Counted from the stretch's first letter, positions 34,709 through 46,848 are shown. The stretch: 64,000 nt of DNA from an uncultured Rivularia sp. (GCA_963665115.1 OY762007.1:7392001-7456000), one strand, 5' to 3'. Notes: generated by a model not told the origin, from the letters alone. Numbers and translations: made by a program.

Positions 34709-34848
34709 CAATGTGTTGGGGATTGGGCATTGGGGATTGGGCATTGATAATTGGTAATTGATAATTGGTAATTGGTAATTGGTAATTTCTACCCCCTCTC
34801 TCCCATTCCCAACGCTTTGTAGTATGCTTGTAGTGTCAAAAAATAGCA

Positions 34849-36033
34849 GTGGATGTTATGAATTCGGGATTTGAATACAGTGGCATTACCAATTCAGAAG
34901 ATATTCAAAGATTTGGAAGTATTTTAAGGCAATGTTTTTTAGCTTCCTCAAGCGATGAAGAAGCTTGGCTGAAGCGGATGGAGGTGGAAAATGCTCGCAT
35001 AATTCGTCAGGAAAAAGAACTTGTCGGTGGATTGGTAAATATTCCGATGGGGCAATGGTGGAATGGTGCAAGTGTTCCGATGACGGGTATCGCTGGGGTT
35101 GGTGTTGCTCCGGAGGCTCGCGGTAGTGGTGCGGCGTTGAGTTTAATGGAGCAGGCTGTTAAAGAGCTTTACGAAAGTGATGTAGCGATTTCGGTACTTT
35201 ATCCAGCAACTCAACGGCTTTATCGGAAAGTTGGATACGAGCAAGGTGGTAGTTTTTGTAGTTGGGAAATTCCAGCTTCTAGTATTCAAATGAAGGAACA
35301 ACCTTTGTCTGTAAAATCTGTTCCCTTAGACTCAAATATCTTTTACGAACTATATTCAAAGCAGGCAAAAAATATAAATGGATATTTAAACCGGAATCAA
35401 ACCATCTGGAATCGAATCAGAAAACCAGGTGATAAAGAGACTTTCTATGGTTATATTTTTGGTTCTATAGCAAAACCTGAAGGTTATATTATAATCAGCC
35501 AGTATTCACAAGATGGCGACAATATTTTAAGTGTGGTTGATTGGGTAATTTTAACAAGTGCTGCTGCAAAAACCTTTTGGTCATTTCTAAGCAATCATCG
35601 CTCTCAAATAGATAAAATACGCTGGAGAGCTTCTATAATTGATAATTTAACATTAAACTTACCAGAGCAAACAGCTAAAAATAGACTCACCCAACGCTGG
35701 TTTTTACGAATCATAAATGTACAAAAAGCATTATCAGCACGTGGTTATCCTTCGGGCTTGGAAACCGAATTGCATTTAGAAATAGCAGATGATTTAATAG
35801 TAGAAAACAACGGTAAATTTATATTATCAATCGCTAACGGATGTGGAAATGTCGTAAAAGGTGGTAAAGGTAAATTAAAGTTAGATATCCGAGGTTTGGC
35901 ACCGTTGTATACAGGATTATTCTCACCACAGCAATTGCAGCTTGCAGAAAAACTCGACGCAACAGATAAGTTACTTTCCAGCGCTACGCAGATATTTGCG
36001 GGTACCTCTCCCTGGATGATGGATTTTTTCTAA
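34849..36033 (+). CDS. eis: Eis-family GNAT acetyltransferase with SCP2-like C-terminus
   Basis: GIAGVGVAPEARGSG, LYPATQRLYRKVGYE, LRIINVQKALSARGY, ENNGKF, MMDFF. Confidence 0.85.
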   Translation: MDVMNSGFEYSGITNSEDIQRFGSILRQCFLASSSDEEAWLKRMEVENARIIRQEKELVGGLVNIPMGQWWNGASVPMTGIAGVGVAPEARGSGAALSLMEQAVKELYESDVAISVLYPATQRLYRKVGYEQGGSFCSWEIPASSIQMKEQPLSVKSVPLDSNIFYELYSKQAKNINGYLNRNQTIWNRIRKPGDKETFYGYIFGSIAKPEGYIIISQYSQDGDNILSVVDWVILTSAAAKTFWSFLSNHRSQIDKIRWRASIIDNLTLNLPEQTAKNRLTQRWFLRIINVQKALSARGYPSGLETELHLEIADDLIVENNGKFILSIANGCGNVVKGGKGKLKLDIRGLAPLYTGLFSPQQLQLAEKLDATDKLLSSATQIFAGTSPWMMDFF

Positions 36034-36192
36034 TTGGTAATTGGTAATTGGTAATTGGTAATTGGTAATTGGGCACTGGGGATTAGGCATTGAGAAGACG
36101 AGAGAGGGGGGAGAGGGGGAAGAGGGGGAAGAGGGGGGAGAGGGGGGAGAGGGGGAAGAGGGGGAAGAGGGGGAAGAGAGGGAAGAGGGGAA
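36031..36192. repeat. STRR (TAATTGG)n followed by a G-rich 9-mer array (GAGGGGGAA)n
   Basis: Directly visible. Confidence 0.85.
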
Positions 36193-36260
36193 TTATCAGG
36201 AAGCAAGATGCTCCCACTACAGATGGTTTTATCACTCTTAACCCAAAATACCTTTAACCT

Positions 36261-37715
36261 TTAACCTTTAACCTTTGACCTCAACTGTCGTACTCTGCCT
36301 TTATAATTAATTGTTTGCTTTTTGGAGCGTTTGCCCAAGGAGCGAATTGCTGTTACTTTGATACGGACTTTTGTTCCAATTTCTAATCCTTCTTGGGGAA
36401 TTGGTAGTTTTCCTAAAGCTAGAATAAAACGGTTGTAGTCTTGGGTAACTAATTCGGGGGGAATGTCGGCTTCGTATTCGCTTCCGTTATCGCCTCTTAT
36501 TTCATACTCTACCCGAAACCGAGTTTTGATAATATCCGATTTGCGAGCTAAATCTACTAAACTTAGTTGCAAATTTTCTCCGCTACCTACAAAGTCGGCT
36601 ACTGCTAATTCGGTAACTTCTTTTTCCGGAATTGCGTTATTAACTACTAATTTTGTTAAATTTCCTTCTTGCTTTTTACTAATATCAAGCCACAGCTTTT
36701 TCGGAAAATCAACTTCGATTTTACCATCGTTGTTTAAATTTAATTTAAGATTAAGTTTACTAAAATTACTTATTGGCTGCAATTCTAGCCAAACTACTTG
36801 AAAATCTCTTTCTATCCGCCGATCGAATTCGCTATATTTATCCGCAATTACCGAGCCTGGAGCGAGTAAAGAAACGGCACCACTACGGACAATCCAACGA
36901 TTTTTTGATAAACGAATTGATTTATCCTGCAACTCTGAAAAATTTAATAGTGCTTTGGGATTATCTGCTGCAAGCTGTGTTTTACCCTTAACTAATCTCA
37001 AATACCCCAAACGTCCTCTTTTGCCATCCTTACCGTCGTAACCATCACGCCCATCGCTGCCGCTGTAACATCGATATGTGCGATTTTTACACTTATAACT
37101 ATCGGTGCCTTTTTTACCACTACAGGATTTAACAGTCCAACTGCGGCGACGACATCTGCAACCTCTCGCACCATCTCCACCGCGCCCTCCGCGCCCTGCT
37201 TCTCCTCCTTGACTGCGTACTAAAATACTTCTTAAATCGGCAATATTACTGTAATAAACACTTAAATTACCGCCACTACCACCGTTACCACCACTACCAG
37301 CATCGCCTCCTTTACCACCATCTCTTGCGTGGATATCGCGTTTTAGATTACGCTTACCATCACGATATCTACGACGACAATAAGGGCGATCGCCATCTTC
37401 ACCGTCTTCCCCATCTTCACCATCTAACCCAGACAAATCGAGGTTTACAGGAGAGCCATCGGCAAATACTGTAGCGTCTCTACCGCTGCGCCCACTTCTA
37501 CCACTGCGCCCATCGCTGCCATCCGAGCCATCGCCCTCGCCATACCTTCTATAATTATTGTCTCGTCGATAGTCTCTTGCTATTTTTCCCGACTTCTCCA
37601 GACACAACATGGTATCGAATTCAGAAGCAGAAGCCGGTAAGCCATTAGCTAATAAGCCAAATAAGAGCAGAAATGATAGCTTTCCATAAATAATCTTTAG
37701 CATTTTAAAATTCAT
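36261..37715 (-). CDS. Secreted collagen-like (Gly-X-Y) protein
   Basis: Signal peptide; GEGDGSDGSDGRSGRSGRSGRD, GEDGEDGEDG, GRDGYDGKDGKRG interleaved with Cys-rich segments. Confidence 0.8.
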   Translation of the reverse strand: MNFKMLKIIYGKLSFLLLFGLLANGLPASASEFDTMLCLEKSGKIARDYRRDNNYRRYGEGDGSDGSDGRSGRSGRSGRDATVFADGSPVNLDLSGLDGEDGEDGEDGDRPYCRRRYRDGKRNLKRDIHARDGGKGGDAGSGGNGGSGGNLSVYYSNIADLRSILVRSQGGEAGRGGRGGDGARGCRCRRRSWTVKSCSGKKGTDSYKCKNRTYRCYSGSDGRDGYDGKDGKRGRLGYLRLVKGKTQLAADNPKALLNFSELQDKSIRLSKNRWIVRSGAVSLLAPGSVIADKYSEFDRRIERDFQVVWLELQPISNFSKLNLKLNLNNDGKIEVDFPKKLWLDISKKQEGNLTKLVVNNAIPEKEVTELAVADFVGSGENLQLSLVDLARKSDIIKTRFRVEYEIRGDNGSEYEADIPPELVTQDYNRFILALGKLPIPQEGLEIGTKVRIKVTAIRSLGKRSKKQTINYKGRVRQLRSKVKG

Positions 37716-37997
37716 TTCTAATTTATTAGGGAATAATTTAAACCACCAGAATTGATGTTTATTTTCCGGAATTCAATAGAAAATTTAAAGTCAAAATTAT
37801 ACTTTTATTTCTCAAATGAAGATTGTTTTTATTTGTTGCCAATCAGATATAGTTTTACTTACTTAAGTAAGACTATAATTTGAAAAAAAAGTGCCTTATT
37901 TCAAAAAAAATAAATGTTTCGTTAAATTTTTGAGAAATATTACAATATATCGAGACGGCGTGCACTATGTATTATTCGCTCTGAAATACTAACTTTT

Positions 37998-38199
37998 CTA
38001 CGGCATCCATTCCAGCAAAAAACCTATCTGCCTTTCTTTTCTTCGACTCGCTTTTTGCTGTTCCAATTCAGTAGACAAACGTAGATTATTTGTAATTGCA
38101 TAACTTGTAGAAAGCTTAGTTAAAGTAACTTCCTCGGCAGTACCCGCAACCCAACTGCGAGTAAAAGCGATATCTGCGCCATGTTTATTTACAGTATTT
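37998..38199 (-). pseudogene. Start-less 3' gene fragment
   Basis: Open frame of about 66 codons: NKHGADIAFTRSWVAGTAEEVTLTKLSTSYAITNNLRLSTELEQQKASRRKERQIGFLLEWMP*, with an in-frame TGA just upstream. Confidence 0.3.
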
Positions 38200-38569
38200 C
38201 AATTATTTAAAATTATCTTTAAATATTGTTCCCACTTTCTAGATGGGAGCAATCATTTTTTCGCTATTAGGTGGGGAATTTTATTACCCGTTGCTATAGA
38301 TGTCGAGATGCAAAGTTGCTTTTAGCTGTATTGCATATCCATTAATCCTTCTCGCGATAAAAATGCAGATAAAAAAAACCGCAGAGACAAGCCACTGCGT
38401 TGGGCGCGGGGCAAGTGGCGTGCGGAGAGCGCTAAGGAAAGAGATAAAAGTAATTACTTGGCTAGTTAATTGCTAAATATTAGTTTTTCACAAACTTCAC
38501 GTAATCGTTCCGAACTATAGTGTATTCATTAATACTATATATACTAACTAAATAATAATAGTAAACGTC

Positions 38570-39826
38570 ATGCAACTACCGTCATCAAATCGAGCTTCCA
38601 ACAGCGAATCCTCTACTGAATTACGAGAGGAAGTTGATAACCTTTCTAACATTGCTAGTAATATAGCGATTGACAGCGAGATGCAAGCCAAGATACAAAG
38701 CTTGTTGGCTCAGATTAAAACGAGTCTGCAACAACAACAATTAAGTATCGAAATACAGCGAGAGCTTGCTAGATTGTTAACTTTAATATCTACATTAAAT
38801 TATCGCAATTCTCAACACGTTGATATTTTAGATTTAGCTATTTCTATTCTGTTGGAAAATAAAGAAGATATAATTCAAAACAAAACAAATTCAAATTTAC
38901 CGAATAAAGTATCCAATAAAAGTTCTCGAAATCTAGTTTTTATCCAAGAAGCAAGACGACAAATAGCAATTCAAACGCGAGAATATCCACATCCTTTCAA
39001 CGCAATTATCAAAGGTACTGGGGGTGCTTACAATCGATTGCTTTCCGGTTTGAGTTGGTTTTTAATCATATTTGTGATTTGTCCGATATTCGCAAGCGGG
39101 TTAACATTCGTTGCTTTAAATACTATTGGTGCAATAAAACAAGTTGAGCAGAGTAAAAATATTGAATTGCTTAAAAAGGAACTTAAGAATAAAGAAGAGC
39201 AACTTCAAACAACTAACGAAATTCGCAATTCTCTTCAAGTTAGACTAGAAAAGGTAAACGGGGAAATTAAAAAAATCAACCAGAATAATAATTTATCTAC
39301 GGATATGAAAGAAATTACAAGTAAAGTTGGTAATCTTAATAGCAATATTGAACAAGAATTAAAATCTATCTCTATTAAAGAAGAAGAAAATACTTCTCAA
39401 GAGAATCAAGCCCTAAAAATTGATGAAAATCAATTAATAACTCTGACAAACTTAATTTATAAATCTCCTATTTTCTCTATATTTGTAGCAGTTTCGATGG
39501 GGGCTTTAGGAAGTGCAGTCAGCGTTATTGTACGTGCTAATAAATTTATCGAACAAGGCAAAGAAGGACAATCGGACTTATTTTTTACCGGCTTTTTTCG
39601 TCCGATTGTCGGTATGTCTTTTGCTATTTTCGCGGTAGCAGTAATTGAATCTGGTATATTTTCCGGTGTTTTCAAAATAACTCAAGATGAGGATAGCACC
39701 GTTTATCTTTATATGACAATAGCCTTTCTCGCTGGGTTCAGTGAAAGATTAGTTGAAGACGTAGTTTTAAAAACCGAAAATAGCTTAACAGGCTTTTCTT
39801 CACGCTCCGATAAATCCGAAAAATAA
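38570..39826 (+). CDS. Coiled-coil membrane protein with C-terminal three-TM 'AGFSER' module
   Basis: TM, long coiled coil, then MGALGSAVS..R, RPIVG and FLAGFSER. Confidence 0.7.
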   Translation: MQLPSSNRASNSESSTELREEVDNLSNIASNIAIDSEMQAKIQSLLAQIKTSLQQQQLSIEIQRELARLLTLISTLNYRNSQHVDILDLAISILLENKEDIIQNKTNSNLPNKVSNKSSRNLVFIQEARRQIAIQTREYPHPFNAIIKGTGGAYNRLLSGLSWFLIIFVICPIFASGLTFVALNTIGAIKQVEQSKNIELLKKELKNKEEQLQTTNEIRNSLQVRLEKVNGEIKKINQNNNLSTDMKEITSKVGNLNSNIEQELKSISIKEEENTSQENQALKIDENQLITLTNLIYKSPIFSIFVAVSMGALGSAVSVIVRANKFIEQGKEGQSDLFFTGFFRPIVGMSFAIFAVAVIESGIFSGVFKITQDEDSTVYLYMTIAFLAGFSERLVEDVVLKTENSLTGFSSRSDKSEK

Positions 39827-39852
39827 TTGTTAATTGTTAATTGTTCATTGAT

Positions 39853-40968
39853 TTACTCTTCATTTATTATCGAATCATCTTCAATTACTGGATTTGTCGG
39901 ACTAACATCTACAAAAGCCAGATTAGTCTCTGGTTCGCTTTTACCGTTCAAGTGCCAGTTATTAAGAACATCTTTGACTAAGATTTCTTGAATAAAAGTT
40001 TGTAATATAAGCACTAAAGGAATTGCCAGAAATAAACCCAGAAAACCAAAGAAATTTGCAAAAACTACCACAGCTAATAAAGTTAGCACTGGCAATAAAG
40101 AGACTTGTGACTTCATTACCAAAGGTACAACAATTAAACTTTCAACCTGTTGAATACCGATATATATGGCAATTACAGCAAGTGCTTTCCAAGGTGCATC
40201 AAGTAGCGCTAATAACAAGGGTGGAATCAAACTTAAGGTAGGGCCAACATTAGGAATAAATTCTAAGAATCCAGCTATAATTGCATTAATTAAAGGTAGT
40301 CGCACCCCTAAAATTAATAAACTAATATAGCTCAAACCACCGATAAGAAACATCGTAAGTAGAGTACCTTTTATCCAACCGACTAAAGAGTCTTCGCATT
40401 TTTGAATAATTTCGTCCATGCGCCGACGATAAAAGGCTGGGAAAAGCAATATAAAGCCGCTTCGATAGGGTTTTGGATCTATCAAAAGCATTATAGTTAA
40501 AACTAAGAAGAGTAGTGAGTTTAAAACAATATTAAACGATTGACTTATAACTCCAAAAACGTTTCCTAAAACTGCATCTAACCAAGTTTGTAAACCTTGA
40601 GTCAAATATCTTAAACCTTGAATTTCCTCTAAAACTGCTTCGGGAATTACTTTTAAAAGCCAGTCATTCCATACCCGTACTTGGTCTAAAAGTTTCGGTA
40701 CCAAAAAAGTAAATTCGCGTAACTGTTCAATAATTTTTGGAGCAATTAGGGCGAAAAAACCCGACACAATTGTAAGTAGTAAAAGTACTGATATTCCAAC
40801 TGCAAACCCTCGCGGAATCTTAAGTTTTTGTAATACTTTAACAACTTGATTTAAAGCAGTTGCTAACACAATGGCAGCAAAGACGATCAATAAAACTTGT
40901 CTAATTTGCCACAAGATATATATTGATACAACGAAAACAAAGAAACCAATCCATTTTCCTATACGCAC
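39853..40968 (-). CDS. AI-2E family transporter
   Basis: LWQIRQVLL, FIPNVGP, QQVES..IVPLVM, FGFLGLFLAIP. Confidence 0.9.
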   Translation of the reverse strand: MRIGKWIGFFVFVVSIYILWQIRQVLLIVFAAIVLATALNQVVKVLQKLKIPRGFAVGISVLLLLTIVSGFFALIAPKIIEQLREFTFLVPKLLDQVRVWNDWLLKVIPEAVLEEIQGLRYLTQGLQTWLDAVLGNVFGVISQSFNIVLNSLLFLVLTIMLLIDPKPYRSGFILLFPAFYRRRMDEIIQKCEDSLVGWIKGTLLTMFLIGGLSYISLLILGVRLPLINAIIAGFLEFIPNVGPTLSLIPPLLLALLDAPWKALAVIAIYIGIQQVESLIVVPLVMKSQVSLLPVLTLLAVVVFANFFGFLGLFLAIPLVLILQTFIQEILVKDVLNNWHLNGKSEPETNLAFVDVSPTNPVIEDDSIINEE

Positions 40969-41226
40969 AAAATGCCTCCGTATTTTCCCAGTTTAAACCA
41001 ATGTATATGTAGAATATCCGCTTCAATGGTTCGTGTCTTCCTCCGCAAGTAAGTAACATTTCATCTGTAATAGGTACGGAAATAAGCAATATCCTTCTTT
41101 AGAAAGACCAAAATAGCTGTTTTACGAAGTAATCTGAAGTAATAAGCTAATTAACTACTAATAGTTTTGATTTTCTCCACAAGATGATTGTGCTTATTGG
41201 AAAACTAAAATACCATTTATAGAATC

Positions 41227-43258
41227 ATGATATTTGTAAAGTGGATGAAGCGCTCGTGCATTGGGCTTATCGGATTTATTTTATTCTTATCTCTTTCTGG
41301 CTTAACCAATTTTGCTAGAGATATCCCACCTCAATCTCCTCCACCGATAAATTCTCAGCAACAGCAGCCTACACCATCGCAACCACCTGTAACACCATCT
41401 GACTCCGCACCAGGTTTAAGTAAACCGCAAGAATTTACTGCATGGGTGGATAAATTTATGGATGATGAGATGTCAAAGTCTCATATTCCTGGGACAGTTA
41501 TTTCTATAGTTAAAGACGGTAAAGTATTTTTTACTAAAGGTTATGGCTATGCAAATGTAGAGAAAAAAATTCCGGTAGATGCGGATAAAACTTTATTTCG
41601 TGTTGCTTCTCTCTCCAAATTATTTACAGCAACAGCAGCAATGCAGCTATCTGAGGGAGGAAAATTGGATATAAAGAGTAATGCAAATCAATATTTGAAA
41701 AAATTTAAAATCAAAAATCCTTTTCCCCAACCCGTAACCGCAGCCCAAATGATGATGCATACCGATGGTACTACCAAACGACGCATCGGACTTGCCGCAG
41801 AAACACCCGAAAAAATGCTACCTTTGGGCGATTATTTAGCTAAGTATATGCCCGCAATTGAGTGGCAACCCGGTACGCTTTACAGTTATTCGAGTCATAG
41901 TACTGCTTTATTAGGTTATTTAGTAGAAACAATTTCTCAAACTCCTTTTGTTGAATACATTGACAAAAATATTTTGCAACCGCTGTCGATGCGCCACACT
42001 ACTTTTTTGCAACCCCCACCACCAGATTTAGCAGATAATTTAGCTACGGGATATCAGTATAAAAAAGGTAAATATCAAGCCGTTCCTTATCTGTATTTGA
42101 ATATTGCACCAGCAGCAGCGATAAGTACAACAGCTACAGATATGACTCACTTTATGAATGCATATTTGCAGTATGGGCGCTATCAAGATAAGCGCATTCT
42201 TAAAGAAAAAACCGCACGCGAAATGCTCACAAGACATTTCACCCATCATCCATTGTTACCAGGAAACTGGTTACAGTTTCCGCGAACGTTGGGTAAATAA
42301 TATTCGCACTTGGGGACATTTAGGAAGTTTGCGAGGATATTCAGCTTCTCTTACTTTAATGCCAGAAAAAAATATTGGTATTTTTATTGCTAATAACAGC
42401 TTTACTGGCTTGAGCAGTTCATTCCTAAACCAATTTTTTGACAGATATTTTCCAGTTACAAAACCACCTGTATACGCTAAAACTCTTCCTTTAAGTCAAG
42501 AGCAACTACAAAAATTTACAGGTAATTATCGCGATGTTGAATATCCCCGCAATACTTTTGCAAAAGTAACTGCGCCTTTCAAAGATATTAATATTAAAGA
42601 AGGCGATCGAGGTAACTTAATTATAGATACTCCAAAACTGTTTTTTGTAAACAAAATACCCGATAAAGAATTAATCCCAATTGATAAGCTGTTATTTAGA
42701 CGACCATCAGATAATGCTTTCACAGCCTTTGGTAAAGATAAAAATGGGCAAATAGAGCTTGCATTTAATCCGCTTTTTGCAAAAATAGGAGCTTATCAAA
42801 AAATTACTTGGTATGAAAGTATTTGGGTACAGCTTGGGATTGCAGCTTTCTGTACAATTGTGTTTTTGTCAGCATTTATTATGTACCCCATTGTTCCAAT
42901 TATTCGGAGTTTGCGGGGAAAATATGGTCAAATTGAACGTCAATTGAACGCTGCTTGGGTAATAGCTGGTTTGGTAGGTACTTTAAACTTGATATTTTTA
43001 ATTGGCTTGCCCTTATCTTTGTGGCTTATCGGTTTCTGGAAGTTAGTTTATGGTGTGCCAACAATAGTAGTTGCTTTATTTATACTTCCATTAATCACAA
43101 CTGTTTTGATTTTGGCATTATTGATCTTTTCTATAGTAATTTGGAAGTATAAATATTGGTCGATATTTGGACGATTGCATTATTCTTTAATTACTTTAGC
43201 TGCGTTAATATTCGTTCCCTTCCTAGCCTATTGGAATCTTTTAGGTTTTAATTTTTAA
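41227..43258 (+). CDS. Serine hydrolase (beta-lactamase family) with C-terminal TMs; frameshifted near 42264
   Basis: FRVASLSK (SxxK), YSYSS, then WGHLGS after removing one A from GGAAAC. Confidence 0.85.
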
Positions 43259-43518
43259 TTTGTAGGGGAGGCAAATTGTGGTGTAGATTCTCTTCCCATA
43301 ATATTGCCGTTGTGTTACGGCTACAAAATAATTGGATAGCTTGAGTAATGATGAAAATGCCGTAACGCACCAGCAGCAATTTCTGCTTTACGACGCAATT
43401 TTGATTTTATTATTAATTATAAATACTCATGCGTCTAACACACCCGACTAATATTAATCTATTCAGATTATCTTTTTAGTATAGAATTATAAATATCTAC
43501 GCTACAACTTAAATAATT

Positions 43519-43857
43519 ATGGACTTAAATAAAATTCCTCAACAAAGTAAAAAAGCCGCTGAAGATTTAGTAGATAATGTAAAAAAGAAAGGACAAGAAA
43601 TGGTAGATAATGTTTCTGAAGTAACTAAGAATAAAGCTGAAGATATTACTGAAGAAGCTATCGTTACAGCGGTTGATAAAGCAATTAATATAATTGAAAT
43701 TGCCAGCCAGAGAGTCAAAGAAAAACAAGTTACTGCTGAAAATGTCTCTTTAGAAGTCAATTTAAAAATTGTCGGCATAGCTGAAATTAAAATGCGGGCA
43801 CATATACCAACATCTTCAGACGAAGAAAGGGAAATTATTGACGTTGATGTATCTTAA
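43519..43857 (+). CDS. Small hypothetical protein with charged helical N-terminus
   Basis: Intact 112-aa ORF. Confidence 0.65.
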   Translation: MDLNKIPQQSKKAAEDLVDNVKKKGQEMVDNVSEVTKNKAEDITEEAIVTAVDKAINIIEIASQRVKEKQVTAENVSLEVNLKIVGIAEIKMRAHIPTSSDEEREIIDVDVS

Positions 43858-43936
43858 TTAAACCTATAAAATTAACGCATCTTGCGAAACTGGTGCGTTA
43901 TCTCAATGCGTCTAACGCACCCTACTAACTAACTTT

Positions 43937-44995
43937 TCAATTGCTACGAATAGTTATTCTACGATTATTCTTTGGTTTCCAATCATTCAATATATCTTTT
44001 ACCAAAAGTTCTCTCAACCAAACTTGAGAAACTACTACTAAAGGTAAAGCTAAAAATAAACCGAATAACCCGAAAAAGACGGCAAAAGCTACCTGCGATA
44101 ATAAGGTAATAGCTGGTAATAAAGACACTTCCCGCTTCATTACCAAAGGTGTCAGAATATTACTTTCAGTTTGCTGAATAATTATGTAAAGAACAACTAC
44201 AGCCAAAGCTTTCCAAGGTGCGACAGTCAAAGCCATCGCAGCAGGAGGAATTACGCTCAAAGTTGGTCCTAAATTAGGAATAAATGTTAAAAAACCTGCT
44301 AATACTGCATTTACAAAAGGTAAGGGAACTCCCGAAAAAAATAATCAGATAAAACTTAGCGTTGTTATTACCGTCATGTTAAATACAATGCCAATAAACC
44401 AACCTACTAAAGATTCTTCGCATTGCGAAAGAATTTCCGAGGCACGGGAACGATAAAACCTTGGAAATAACAATAAAAAAACCTGTCTGTAAGCCGAAGG
44501 ATTGGCTAAAAGCATGATGGTGACAACAATCACTAATAGTAAATTTAGTACAAAATCAAGGGAGTCGGAAAATACTTTGAAAAAGCCTCCAAACCAATTA
44601 GAATCTGAAGTGAGTAATCGTTGCCAAAAATTTTCTAAACTACCAATATCGGTAAGTATTTGTCCGGGAATTATATTTTGTAGCCAACTGTAACTATCTT
44701 TTATTTGCTCCAATCCTCGATTAAATAAATCATTTGACTGGGGTATTTTATCAATAACAGACGGTACAACGATTGCAGCAATTGCAACAAAACCTGCTAA
44801 TATCAAACAAACTGAGATAGCAACAGCAAACCCCCGCTTCATATGAAGACGAGACTGAATTATTTTTACCAACCTATTAATAACCGTCGCAAAAGCTACT
44901 GCTGTAAATCCCAACAGTAAAACTTGTCTTATCTGCCATAAAATATATAGAAAAACTGCAAATAACAGGAAGCTAATTAATTTCCCGAAGCGCAC
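43937..44995 (-). pseudogene. Second AI-2E family transporter with an in-frame TGA at 44345-44347
   Basis: Both ORFs share a frame. Read-through gives TLSFI*LFFSGVPLPFVNAVLAGFLTFIPNLGP, which aligns with the paralog at 39853-40968. Confidence 0.8.
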
Positions 44996-45019
44996 GTTTA
45001 ACCTCCATTATTTATTTAC

Positions 45020-45159
45020 TGACATCTTGCACCATTGGATGGCGAGCATAAAAAAACCCGGTAATACTCGTAAAACCATGATGAGCTACATCAAGGCATG
45101 ATTATTTTCTGGTGAAATCAGCAAGAAACCGGGAATAGAGGCATTGGTGCAAGATGTGA
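45020..45159. mobile_element. MITE-like element with 13-bp perfect TIR ACATCTTGCACCA
   Basis: TIRs at 45022-45034 and 45145-45157. A shorter degenerate relative lies at about 18089-18151. Confidence 0.65.
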
Positions 45160-45244
45160 ATTTACAAATTATGTTTCAATTCTGGGAATAGGAAATAGGT
45201 TTTTGCCAAAATATTTAGCATCCCTTTGTACTAAATAATCAAAA

Positions 45245-45802
45245 TTATTGATCCAACCACTCAAGTAATCCTAAAGAATTAACGCTACCTAAAAAATGAG
45301 CGCCAATAACAGTTACATCGGCAAGTATCAGAAGTAAATCGATCGAGCGTACTACCGTTTCTGGATTATAAACCGCTACTCCTTGAGGTTGAGCAAGAGT
45401 TTTTCCTAAAACTGCAATCGCTGCTACTTCAGATGCTAAAAATCCTAAGCCGATTCCAAGTAAACTAATAATCAAACCAACACGTAAAACCTGAATAACT
45501 TCTTCTTTTTTAGGATGTAAATTACTATCGGGTAGCTGCAAACGCTTGGCTAAACGTGTATAACGATAAGCCCAAAATATTCGGAAACCCACTGCAACAA
45601 CACCACATACTGCTAAAAATATTCCAAATCCGATAAAAGCACTATTAATATCGCTAAAATTACGGCTAAACATTACTAATAGCAACATAATTCCAGCAAC
45701 GACACCCAAAAGTAAATGAACCCAAAAGCTGATTCTACCCAGTAAACGAAAAGTTCCAGCAAATTCTCGTTTACTTGGTGATGAAGATGTTTTAGACTGC
45801 AT
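45245..45802 (-). CDS. DUF3611 family membrane protein
   Basis: FRLLGRISFWVHL, YRYTRLAKRL, KTLAQPQG, AHFLG. Confidence 0.75.
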   Translation of the reverse strand: MQSKTSSSPSKREFAGTFRLLGRISFWVHLLLGVVAGIMLLLVMFSRNFSDINSAFIGFGIFLAVCGVVAVGFRIFWAYRYTRLAKRLQLPDSNLHPKKEEVIQVLRVGLIISLLGIGLGFLASEVAAIAVLGKTLAQPQGVAVYNPETVVRSIDLLLILADVTVIGAHFLGSVNSLGLLEWLDQ

Positions 45803-46040
45803 TGATGTTTTCTCCTTGATGATTTTTATAGAAATAAATGTAATCGCAGAATTTTCTGTGAAATAAAAAATTAGATGTATTATCAGTTTATCTTTTGCTA
45901 TCTATAAAATTCTTCTTTCAAAAGGTAGATAGCCTTCTCTGTCTCATGTAAAATATTTATGCGAAATAGGGGCTTTCATATTACATGAAAACCCCTATCT
46001 TTAGCAATCTATTTAATCCCCGCGATGTGTAAACATCAAC

Positions 46041-46848
46041 TTATTTTTCGAGAGAGTTAGGCAATGCAGAAGGATAAATAGTTTTAACGACTAATACGGG
46101 CTTCTCTTTATAGTCTGTTTCTAACTTAGTTTTAATTCCAGCATCCCAACTAAATCCGTATTCTTTCTCTAAATCAGCAACTACAAACTTTTCTAAAGTA
46201 CCTGTAGCAACAACAGTTTCACCCGCTTTAACATTTTTCTTGTATGGAAACCACATCTTTATTATTTGGTACCAAAACTAATAAATCATCAGCACCGATT
46301 AATTTATCATCAAGAGTGAATACATCTTCGCCAGTTACATCTTCAATTTTACCCGGCACTGCAATCACTTTATCGTAATATTCATCAGGGCTTGATGTAA
46401 TTTGACCTGGTTTTGGCGCTAATGCAATCGACTGAGCAACGATTGCTGCTTTACCTTCAAACTTTTCGTACTCTTTGGAGTCAAGGTTCAACTTATAATC
46501 TTTGTTAAAATTATCAGTGCCGTACTTTTTCACTTCACCCGTGATTTGCAATTCTACATCTTCAGGAAGTGGTTGAGTATCTCCGGTTGCATTCACAACT
46601 AGAATAGTATCCCCACCAAAAAAGTCATCATCGGTAACAGCAAATGTGCTGTCGCTAATCTTATTTATAGCGTTGCTTCTAATAGTTACGCTTTGCCCTA
46701 TCAGTTTATTGGTTTTATCCGCAACTTCTTCAGCTGTAACGTTTTCTTGTTCTTGTTGTGTTGTGTTATCTGCTGTCTCCGCACAAGCAGGAAGAATCAT
46801 CGCAGTCAAAGCTAAAGCTAAAGCTTTTGAACGAAATCTGTTAATCAT
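46041..46848 (-). CDS. Lipoprotein with two OB-fold-like repeats; frameshifted near 46235
   Basis: Lipobox LPAC; internal repeat (GQSVTI..FAV..GGDTILV / DKVIAV..FTL..GADDLLV). The ORFs join by removing one A. Confidence 0.7.
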
